Positions 26,678-33,317 of a stretch of 35,737 bases of DNA are shown here, piece by piece. Position 1 is the first letter of the stretch. Every line of letters begins with the position of its first letter. The position numbers and the translations under genes are program-made. The stretch is taken from positions 1 through 35,737 of the IMG/VR virus record IMGVR_UViG_3300003375_000009; one strand, given 5' to 3'. A model generated the notes under the pieces. The model saw nothing but the letters and a program-made list of their open reading frames with translations. It did not search any database and was not told the DNA's origin. Origin of the DNA: a virus (taxonomy: Duplodnaviria; Caudoviricetes).

Positions 26678-26813
26678 TGAGTAACTCAATACTTTTTATT
26701 TCCTCTGGTTTAAAGTCAAAACGACGTCCAAGTTTATTTTTTATTGTAATCATTTCTACTTCATCCATTTCATATTCGTAGTTATCATCACCAATTATTT
26801 TTATTATTCCCAT
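26670..26813 (-). CDS. 47-aa hypothetical protein
   Basis: MGIIKIIGDDNYEYEMDEV...*; fills the gap. Confidence 0.55.
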   Translation of the reverse strand: MGIIKIIGDDNYEYEMDEVEMITIKNKLGRRFDFKPEEIKSIELLND

Positions 26814-26816
26814 AGA

Positions 26817-27065
26817 TTATTTCGCAAGAGCGTGTTTACCTGCGACCATAAAAGGAACGTTCAACTTTGCGAGAGTAACTGCAAATGCAGGATACACACC
26901 CTCAACTTCAAACTCTGATGAGACACAATCACCGTCTGAAACGTGCCATGTTCTGAGTATGACAAGCTGTCCTGTTTTTGGGTGCTCGTGATATTCAACG
27001 GTGTCGCCGTTTTCTCGATACTGATAGAACTTTGTCGCACTGCTCAATCCATTTACGATTTCCAT
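26817..27065 (-). CDS. hypothetical protein
   Basis: 82-aa ORF, first gene after a promoter. Confidence 0.7.
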   Translation of the reverse strand: MEIVNGLSSATKFYQYRENGDTVEYHEHPKTGQLVILRTWHVSDGDCVSSEFEVEGVYPAFAVTLAKLNVPFMVAGKHALAK

Positions 27066-27107
27066 GACCTTAACTCATTGATTATTGTTTGACCTTGCTA
27101 TAGTTAA

Positions 27108-27136
27108 AATATACCGTAGTACGGCAAGAAATGCAA
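27108..27136 (-). promoter_or_regulatory. sigma70-like promoter TTGCAT-17-TATATT with palindrome CCGTA-N-TACGG in the spacer
   Basis: Motifs and spacing read directly; palindrome at 27114-27124. Confidence 0.55.
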
Positions 27137-27186
27137 GTTTTGAGACAGCAAAAAACAATTTTCTTGGGGAAAACTATTTGAGGCAG

Positions 27187-27211
27187 AAAAAGAGCCTTGT
27201 TTTGCAAGGCT
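27187..27211 (-). terminator. intrinsic terminator after the HU-like gene
   Basis: AGCCUUG-loop-CAAGGCU followed by CUUUUU. Confidence 0.55.
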
Positions 27212-27233
27212 AGATTTCCAAGATTTTTTGAGG

Positions 27234-27470
27234 CTATTTTTTGGTGCAAATATCCTTGATTGTTTTTGAGGAAACGAACACAATCCGGTGCTTATAAAGT
27301 GCCTTGAAAGGCTTTTGTGTGACCGGATGATTGAACGTCTTGCGTTTCAACGGTTTGATCTCAAACGTACCGACATGCTTGATTTTGATTTTTTTATCGC
27401 GTTTGAGGATCTGCACGAACTGTGCAAAGTCTATATCGCCAAGTGATACGCTTACGAGTTTTGTTGCCAT
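27234..27470 (-). CDS. HU/IHF-like DNA-binding protein (N-terminally shortened)
   Basis: IKIKHVGTFEIKPLKRKTFNHPVTQKP...RIVFVSSKTIKD matches the HU beta-arm. Confidence 0.75.
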   Translation of the reverse strand: MATKLVSVSLGDIDFAQFVQILKRDKKIKIKHVGTFEIKPLKRKTFNHPVTQKPFKALYKHRIVFVSSKTIKDICTKK

Positions 27471-27480
27471 AATACGGACA

Positions 27481-27789
27481 TTATATACTAGCTTCAATTA
27501 AATCGTCAATCGAGTGTGCCAATATATACAGACCACCTGCCGCTTCTAAGTTTTTTTGAAACTCTTTTTGAGCGTCCGATTGTTTCGACCTATCCTTGCA
27601 TTCGATACCAATAAATCTGCCCGAAATGACAGCGATGACATCAGGACTACCAACCGCTCCGAAACGATAAAAACCGTGCTCTGCCTTGAACGCACCAGTA
27701 TTATTCCTAAAGTGGAAAATACGTTTTGCTGATAAATAGTCAGTGATAGATTTTTGGACTTCTTTTTCATTTGAGAGTTGGCGTATCAT
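27481..27789 (-). CDS. VRR-NUC domain nuclease
   Basis: EKEVQKSITDYL...GSPDVI...IGIECK...QSDAQKEFQ...AGGLYI. Confidence 0.9.
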   Translation of the reverse strand: MIRQLSNEKEVQKSITDYLSAKRIFHFRNNTGAFKAEHGFYRFGAVGSPDVIAVISGRFIGIECKDRSKQSDAQKEFQKNLEAAGGLYILAHSIDDLIEASI

Positions 27790-28171
27790 TTGCTTTTGTT
27801 AAAATCTGTTCGACTACATATCCGACAATATGCGCGTAAAACTCCTCTGTTTTTATTGTGTGTTCAATGCCAATACGTTTTCCGATCCAATTTGCCAAAT
27901 GCAGACACTCATGAGCAAGAGTACCAAAACCAGACGGATCTTTGGGTATTCTCTCTAACCAAATAACCGGCGGCTTTCTTTCTTGAGCAGGACTATAAAA
28001 TAATCCGTCACCTAAAAGATCATCCGCAGAAAAGTCGTCTTTTGTGTGATGCTTGATCGCGCGAGCGGCAAATTGCACGTCATCGGTTATTATCACAAAA
28101 ACAGCAACACCATAAAGCATCAGATCAATATAAAACTGAACAGGTTTTTTCTTACTTTTTCGGTGTGCCAT
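27767..28171 (-). CDS. HEXXH metallopeptidase-like protein
   Basis: TLAHECLH...TEEFYAH. Confidence 0.7.
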   Translation of the reverse strand: MAHRKSKKKPVQFYIDLMLYGVAVFVIITDDVQFAARAIKHHTKDDFSADDLLGDGLFYSPAQERKPPVIWLERIPKDPSGFGTLAHECLHLANWIGKRIGIEHTIKTEEFYAHIVGYVVEQILTKANDTPTLK

Positions 28172-28496
28172 AAATTGCATTTAAGCGTTGCCGCATATTT
28201 AAGTAGGGAATGACCTTTGAGATTGCGCGGAGCTCATCGTCAGTAGCGCGGTTTAGAGCAATCCACACATTTTTTTCCTTGAGCAAATTGCCGCCGTCTT
28301 GGTGCTTACCGATCGCATGGTGATACTCGCAAAGAGGAATAATCGCCCATGGTTCGTTTACCTGCTTACCGGCGAAAATTAAAACATGCTCCCAAGTAAT
28401 ACGGCCGTCACAATGACCGTCTGCATGACGCGCACACTTCTTATAGAACGGATCTTGAGCCATTTGTTCGCGCTGTTTTGGGTCAATTTTACGCAT
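28152..28496 (-). CDS. HNH-like Zn-binding nuclease
   Basis: CARH...CDGRITWEH...IIPLCEYHH. Confidence 0.65.
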   Translation of the reverse strand: MRKIDPKQREQMAQDPFYKKCARHADGHCDGRITWEHVLIFAGKQVNEPWAIIPLCEYHHAIGKHQDGGNLLKEKNVWIALNRATDDELRAISKVIPYLNMRQRLNAIYGTPKK

Positions 28497-28722
28497 GTAA
28501 TGGATATGCCTTAATGATATAGTATGCGCCGTTCACAATCTTGAAATGAAAAACATATCCGTCTGAGGATATTTGAACATTTGTCGGAAACAACCAAAGC
28601 CATAACCATTTTCTTTTATCGAACTTTTCACGCTTTAAGTCCTCTTTTGAAAAGGTATGGTTATCGTAAAAAGGATTATCTAGTTTTCGAGCGTTTATAA
28701 AATCATGCAAATCATCTATCAT
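28489..28722 (-). CDS. hypothetical protein
   Basis: 77-aa ORF in the operon. Confidence 0.65.
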   Translation of the reverse strand: MIDDLHDFINARKLDNPFYDNHTFSKEDLKREKFDKRKWLWLWLFPTNVQISSDGYVFHFKIVNGAYYIIKAYPLHA

Positions 28723-28892
28723 ATATTTTTTTCACGAAGTACCTCGCGGATGTCTAGTAAAAGTTCCATGACGATACGGTCTTTCTGGTCAAAGTCAGGC
28801 AATGGAACTGGTGATTTATAAGCACCCATTCTGCTATACATATACTCATGCGTTCCGTTTATTTCCTTTTTGATTTCGTCTGCGTCTCTCAT
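28719..28892 (-). CDS. 57-aa hypothetical protein (not in ORF track)
   Basis: MRDADEIKKEIN...VMELLLDIREVLREKNI*; ATGA overlaps on both sides. Confidence 0.65.
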   Translation of the reverse strand: MRDADEIKKEINGTHEYMYSRMGAYKSPVPLPDFDQKDRIVMELLLDIREVLREKNI

Positions 28893-29140
28893 TTGAGTAA
28901 CTCCTTAAAGAAAACTTCAATATCTCCGCCGTCCGCAACAACATATTTAAAAAATCTCAAACATTGGTGTCGCCAGTTCCACGCCTCCGCTTTTCCAAGT
29001 GCTTGCCAGAAGAGAGGGTCGAGGAGAAATCTTTTATCCTTAATGATATGGCGAATGAAGTCATCCATTGACATAAAAAGTGACGGCTTAAAGTCATTTC
29101 TCCACCCTCCCTCTATCGCTTTTTTGATTGCTTGTTCCAT
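28889..29140 (-). CDS. hypothetical protein
   Basis: AIKKAIEGGW...LLDPLFWQALGKA pattern. Confidence 0.75.
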   Translation of the reverse strand: MEQAIKKAIEGGWRNDFKPSLFMSMDDFIRHIIKDKRFLLDPLFWQALGKAEAWNWRHQCLRFFKYVVADGGDIEVFFKELLK

Positions 29141-29547
29141 TACGATAATTTCTTGCCGCAATCCTCGCATAGAGTGACTTCGACAACATGGTTATGTTCA
29201 CATGGCTCGGTTCGACTTTTACCTGCCATAAGTCTTTTGACTTTGTTCCATGAGATGTTCTTATCGACATACTCCGGCATTTGTATGAGCTTCGGTTGCT
29301 GTTCAAAATACTGGTAGCAGTAATACAGCTCGCGCTCGCTCACTTTCGTGCGCTGTGAGATTGACTGCATCAGTGCAGTGACAGGCACGTCATGTTCCTT
29401 TGCGTATGAGGCTACGAGCCCTCCTACCTGTAGTTTGCCCTCCAAAATGGTCTGACGGGCATTAAAGACAGTTTCGACAGCTATAGCCTCAATTTCATCG
29501 ACTATACCCTGATATTCGTCTGTCTCGGTCTTAATAATATCACGCAT
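29140..29547 (-). CDS. HTH-like protein (DUF1016 N-terminal-like) with C-terminal Zn knuckle
   Basis: VSERELYYCYQYF...ISWNKV; CEH...CEDCG. Confidence 0.55.
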   Translation of the reverse strand: MRDIIKTETDEYQGIVDEIEAIAVETVFNARQTILEGKLQVGGLVASYAKEHDVPVTALMQSISQRTKVSERELYYCYQYFEQQPKLIQMPEYVDKNISWNKVKRLMAGKSRTEPCEHNHVVEVTLCEDCGKKLS

Positions 29548-29857
29548 GGTCGTTCATTAAAGGAAAATAATAATCTTTTGTACGGTTGATTGCTCGTTCG
29601 AGAATGAGGTATGTTTTTGGGTTCTTTGGGTCGAGCCGGTCAGCTTTCATGTGATTGCAGTACCGACATACAATTTCAAAGTTTTCCTCCATTTCATACA
29701 GCAGATAATCTCGATCGACAATAAACTGGCTTAAAATACTCACAGGAACGATATGGTCGACGTTGAGATTGCGTGTCTCGCCGCACTTACACTTTTCATT
29801 TCCTGACTTTGCACGCAGTTGCCATTCTGCGAGCTTCGTACGTTTCTTGTGCTTCAT
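29540..29857 (-). CDS. HNH endonuclease
   Basis: CKCG...LNVDHIVP...NFEIVCRYCNHMK. Confidence 0.88.
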   Translation of the reverse strand: MKHKKRTKLAEWQLRAKSGNEKCKCGETRNLNVDHIVPVSILSQFIVDRDYLLYEMEENFEIVCRYCNHMKADRLDPKNPKTYLILERAINRTKDYYFPLMNDHA

Positions 29858-30042
29858 TTTACCTCATAATCGCAGTCGCGCATATTGCAACGACCGCCAG
29901 TATAGCTACGTGACGACCAGACCCATTTGCGGATCAGATGACCAACTTCGCACTTTGGACAGAACTTGTCGAACTGCGTTGTCTCACCCTCCTCGACTTT
30001 TTTGGTCTTTTTGACTGTTTTTACAAACCCAAATAATTCCAT
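29854..30042 (-). CDS. small Zn-ribbon protein, first gene after the structured leader
   Basis: CPKC...CNMRDCDY; coupled to the HNH gene. Confidence 0.7.
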   Translation of the reverse strand: MELFGFVKTVKKTKKVEEGETTQFDKFCPKCEVGHLIRKWVWSSRSYTGGRCNMRDCDYEVK

Positions 30043-30373
30043 AAAAAACTCAAAAAATTAACTGTTAAGATAAAGTTATCCCCCTATATCCCTCAAAAGT
30101 CCGGACATACGACGATGCTGTGCTTGAAACGATAGCCGTTAGAGCTTGCAGTGGTATACCCTTAAATATACCAATTTTTGTCTGCAACTCGCTCGGTTCA
30201 ATTTAAATCTCATGCACAGATGAGGTCGCGGGTCGCAGGGGGATAAGACGTTGCCCGCACTGTTATCTATGCACCAGACTTTTTAAGACAAAGTTTTTCT
30301 CGTGATCGCCTTACTGCACGCATCGTTCCAAGATTTTTAAGAGAGCGACATGCGCTTGTATAAGAGTATATGT

Positions 30374-30433
30374 TTAGCTTGTCGGAGTTGAACCGACACC
30401 CTCGCGAGACGAGCATCCTTTACACCATACTAA
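30374..30433 (-). ncRNA. tRNA-like module (T-arm and D-like arm, truncated anticodon arm)
   Basis: GUCGG-UUCAACU-CCGAC T-arm abutting a 7-bp acceptor-like helix; AAAGG D-like loop; only 60 nt. Confidence 0.55.
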
Positions 30434-30468
30434 ACCCCCTATACAAGCGACTATCGCCCTCCACAACG

Positions 30469-30498
30469 AAAAACCCGCCAACTTAAAAAGTCAGCGGG
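30469..30498 (-). terminator. intrinsic terminator/attenuator in the leader
   Basis: CCCGCUGACUU-UUU-AAGUUGGCGGG followed by UUUUU. Confidence 0.6.
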
Positions 30499-30581
30499 AA
30501 AATCGTGGTGCTCAAACCAACAGATACAGGCTGTGCGGATGCACAATATGCATTTGTTGGTTTTGGTTTGAGCATGAATAC

Positions 30582-30610
30582 ATTATACACAAATAAAAAT
30601 CTGCAAGCAA
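30582..30610 (-). promoter_or_regulatory. sigma70 promoter TTGCTT-17-TATAAT (main leftward promoter)
   Basis: Consensus -10, 17-nt spacer, +1 predicted at about 30575. Confidence 0.7.
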
Positions 30611-30633
30611 TAGTTTTCCACAGGATAAAAATA

Positions 30634-30642
30634 TGCGATAAT
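30634..30642 (+). promoter_or_regulatory. extended -10 promoter TGcGATAAT for the divergent operon
   Basis: Upstream of AAGGA and the ATG at 30660. Confidence 0.45.
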
Positions 30643-30659
30643 GTAAGGAAATATTTGCC

Positions 30660-30869
30660 ATGAAATACACATTTTACTGCCCATGCTGCGGACAGAGATT
30701 GCGCGGAGAGGTAAAACACATTGTACTCACTTTATTTTATGAAACAGTAAAAGTTAAGTGTTGTACGTGCAAAAATACTTCGACACAAAATCTTATTTCC
30801 GGCTCGATAGATCACCTTATTTCAATCACCAAACTACTTTTAAAATGGAACACTTCATGGTCTTTTTAA
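30660..30869 (+). CDS. Zn-ribbon microprotein 1
   Basis: YCPCC-x23-CCTC. Confidence 0.65.
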   Translation: MKYTFYCPCCGQRLRGEVKHIVLTLFYETVKVKCCTCKNTSTQNLISGSIDHLISITKLLLKWNTSWSF

Positions 30870-30931
30870 TCCTCGTCATTTGCGGTATTGACGGACTGCG
30901 TTACACAAAAAAGAAACAAGATGTACGTTGA
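30845..30931 (+). CDS. 28-aa hydrophobic microprotein
   Basis: MEHFMVFLILVICGIDGLRYTKKKQDVR*; bridges the two neighbouring genes. Confidence 0.4.
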   Translation: MEHFMVFLILVICGIDGLRYTKKKQDVR

Positions 30932-31094
30932 CACACACTACTGCCTGCACTGCCAAGCTATCCATGAGGGGCTTGTGCGCGTCGTCACTGCGACACCTCG
31001 AAAGGTATACTTTCAATTTTCATGCTCACAATGTGACAAACTATCCGACGGCTTTTTTACGAAACGCACTCACAAACAACACACCGATGAATAG
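30921..31094 (+). CDS. Zn-ribbon microprotein 2
   Basis: YCLHC-x23-CSQC. Confidence 0.65.
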   Translation: MYVDTHYCLHCQAIHEGLVRVVTATPRKVYFQFSCSQCDKLSDGFFTKRTHKQHTDE

Positions 31095-31296
31095 AACAAT
31101 CTTTTGCCCACAGTGCAGGGACGATCGCCACGGCGTTCAACAAGGCTCTGCGCTGACCTCACAGCACACCATTACGCACGCATACCAATGCTTTCACTGC
31201 CGGTACATCGTGTACTTAGAAACAAAAAAGCCCCCAATCACGGAGGCTTTTTTTTGTGGAAGTCGAACTATTTTGTCGAATTATCGACTGGTGTGA
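31087..31296 (+). CDS. Zn-ribbon microprotein 3
   Basis: FCPQC-x24-CFHC. Confidence 0.6.
   Translation: MNRTIFCPQCRDDRHGVQQGSALTSQHTITHAYQCFHCRYIVYLETKKPPITEAFFCGSRTILSNYRLV
31224..31255 (-). terminator. intrinsic terminator between convergent units (A/T tracts on both sides)
   Basis: A8-GCCUCCG-UGAU-UGGGGGC-U6 on the minus strand. Confidence 0.75.
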
Positions 31297-31546
31297 CACC
31301 GTCGCCCATGACAACCGTGATCTTTGCTTCTGGGTCGTTGAGAGCCGCGAGAGCGTCGATAGTTTTCTGTCCCTCAATCGCTCCAACAAAGAGCGTAGAA
31401 CCGTCATCCTGACCGTCCTGCGACACGACACCTGCGTCATCCTGTTGCCACTTGTGGTATGCAACACGAGTGAGGAGGAGATTATCGCCGTTCTCGTCTT
31501 TTCCGGTCACATATGTGATGCCGGTGATTTTTTGAAATGCGTTCAT
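31268..31546 (-). CDS. acidic hypothetical protein
   Basis: 92 aa, last gene of the lysis unit. Confidence 0.7.
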   Translation of the reverse strand: MNAFQKITGITYVTGKDENGDNLLLTRVAYHKWQQDDAGVVSQDGQDDGSTLFVGAIEGQKTIDALAALNDPEAKITVVMGDGVTPVDNSTK

Positions 31547-31597
31547 TTGAAAAAATACTCGTTATTTATAATTCGACCGTGCTACCGATAGTATACA

Positions 31598-31981
31598 CTA
31601 TCCCTGCACTGAACCCATAGCGGAGCTCGTTGCATTTCCGCCACTTACAGAACCCATAGCAGTGTTGGTAGGGTTTCCGCCAAAAGGTGCGCCCGTTGAG
31701 ACACTGCCGACAGCAGGAGGCGGTTGTACTTTCGGGAACAGCGTGTACCAGACCTTGCGGATTATTCCAAAGATACCAAGGAAACCGCCAAGCACCTGAC
31801 ACGCGATACCAATGTCGTTCACGACGACCGTCTGTGAAAGCGGTACACCGATAAATGCAGCCCATTTGATAATAAGCGCGGCATTGAGAACCAAGATACC
31901 CTGAATAGTTGCTGAATACTCGTCTGGGTTCGCACTAGAAGTGATGAGCCAGTCGATAAAGTTCTGCCAAAATGTGTTCAT
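31598..31981 (-). CDS. holin-like membrane protein
   Basis: SSANPDEYSATIQG followed by two hydrophobic segments ending FGIIRKV; downstream of the endolysin. Confidence 0.6.
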   Translation of the reverse strand: MNTFWQNFIDWLITSSANPDEYSATIQGILVLNAALIIKWAAFIGVPLSQTVVVNDIGIACQVLGGFLGIFGIIRKVWYTLFPKVQPPPAVGSVSTGAPFGGNPTNTAMGSVSGGNATSSAMGSVQG

Positions 31982-32013
31982 ACTTTTTTATAAATTAACC
32001 GATAATACGGACA

Positions 32014-32568
32014 TTATATCACCGCGAGATACTGTTGCACAATGGAGAGGAAAGTTTCAAGACCGTTTGTGCCTCCATTTACGAGTTGGCGCACTTGCGT
32101 CCAGTTGTACGCGTTGCAAGCGACATCGCAACCATGTGATTTGAAATACTTTGCGAGAATAATTGCCGCGTTTGCCGGCACGAGTGCAAGTTCTGGGTGA
32201 TCTATAAGATCAATTGCCGGAGCTTGTGCATATCCATACGCCGCATAGTTTGTGCGCCCTGTGAGCTGAATATAGCCCCGTCCGAGGTATTTCGCACCGT
32301 CACCGACTTCTGTGTTACCAAGGTCAAGCCTGCCCTCATACGTCGCTCCTGCGAACGCATAGCCTGCGGCAACATACGTCTCTGCGATAGGCAAAAAAGG
32401 GTAGCCGACTTCCGTGCGGACGGTAGCGAGCGCGCCAATGAGAACCTGATCGGTCAAAATGCCAAGCGTTTGGAGTGCGCTTGAGATTGCATCGTACGCT
32501 GTACTTGCCGCCGCTTCGTTTGCTTTGCCGTTATAAAACGACATGAAAACTTCTTTTGTGAACTTCAT
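32014..32568 (-). CDS. endolysin, glycoside hydrolase family 19
   Basis: ATVRTE, YEGRLDLGNTEVGDGAKYLGRGYIQLTGRTNY, VRQLVNGGTNGL. Confidence 0.9.
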   Translation of the reverse strand: MKFTKEVFMSFYNGKANEAAASTAYDAISSALQTLGILTDQVLIGALATVRTEVGYPFLPIAETYVAAGYAFAGATYEGRLDLGNTEVGDGAKYLGRGYIQLTGRTNYAAYGYAQAPAIDLIDHPELALVPANAAIILAKYFKSHGCDVACNAYNWTQVRQLVNGGTNGLETFLSIVQQYLAVI

Positions 32569-33014
32569 TGTGTACTCATTAGATAGTCTAAAAACTTCCT
32601 GATAATATCTTGCGCCTTGTGAAGCACAAATGTGATAGCGTCCTGCTCTGTCATACTTTTATCCTTTTCGCGGATCTGCACGATGTTGCCAAGTACACTA
32701 TAACCCTCCGCCACGATGAATGATGAGAGTGCGAGTTTTGCGATAGGGCTCATGTCAACACCCGCACCTTTGCCGACGAAAATGAGTGTATACGGCACAA
32801 TGATAAGTATGCACTTTGAAGCGACACCAGTCCACAAAACGCGGCTCTTAAACTCTCCAAAAAGAAGCTCACGTATTACGGCAGTAAAAACATCAAAGCC
32901 TATGAGAATGAACAAAATGGTGACCAGTTCCCCTGAGAGTTCCGTGTAGGCAAAAAGCGGCACGAGTATGCCGTAAGAAAATGCCTTGAATAATCCAAGG
33001 GGACTGACATCCAT
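32565..33014 (-). CDS. holin (Phage_holin_4-like)
   Basis: LIGFDVFTAV...SRVLWTGVASK...AEGYSVLGNI; 3 TM segments; start MDVSPL at 33014. Confidence 0.8.
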   Translation of the reverse strand: MDVSPLGLFKAFSYGILVPLFAYTELSGELVTILFILIGFDVFTAVIRELLFGEFKSRVLWTGVASKCILIIVPYTLIFVGKGAGVDMSPIAKLALSSFIVAEGYSVLGNIVQIREKDKSMTEQDAITFVLHKAQDIIRKFLDYLMSTQ

Positions 33015-33018
33015 GGTA

Positions 33019-33243
33019 CTAGTGGAGCTCGGTAAGCTCGTTCTGCTTAAAGGCGATACTTGCATCGTTTTTTGTATTAACTTCCTGTAGCTGTGCAATT
33101 TCAGCATTGATACTTTCCGCAGTCACGACATCCGAGTACGATGTAAGCACTCCGGTCTGCGGATTTTTGTAAACTGACACACGCACGTTCAAACCGTTAG
33201 TGGTTTGCTGAATTGATGAGCTTTGAAACTGTCCTCTGTTCAT
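33019..33243 (-). CDS. hypothetical protein with C-terminal coiled coil
   Basis: 74 aa; TGtTATAAT at 33291-33299 and a 9-bp inverted repeat at 33264-33288 upstream. Confidence 0.7.
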   Translation of the reverse strand: MNRGQFQSSSIQQTTNGLNVRVSVYKNPQTGVLTSYSDVVTAESINAEIAQLQEVNTKNDASIAFKQNELTELH

Positions 33244-33317
33244 ATAATTGATTTCGATTTTGTAAATATCTCGGACTAGGAGATATTTTTATTATAACAC
33301 GCACTTTATAATCGCAC

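Larger units (their letters stand above)
30043..30575 (-). ncRNA. long structured non-coding leader/RNA
   Basis: Multiple stems: 30076-30085/30237-30246, 30341-30348/30454-30461, 30353-30362/30440-30449, 30509-30519/30564-30574; G-U pairs favour the minus strand; no long credible ORF. Confidence 0.6.

Noticed and set aside
30374-30433. Functional tRNA gene or attP
   Set aside because: Only 60 nt, no 7-nt anticodon loop, no CCA, and no integrase in the genome.
30090-30486. RNase P RNA on the + strand (AAAAGTCCGG and AAAACCCGCC..CTTA resemble P4 motifs)
   Set aside because: GAGGAAAGUCC and the internal conserved regions are missing; G-U pairing and the promoter favour the minus strand.
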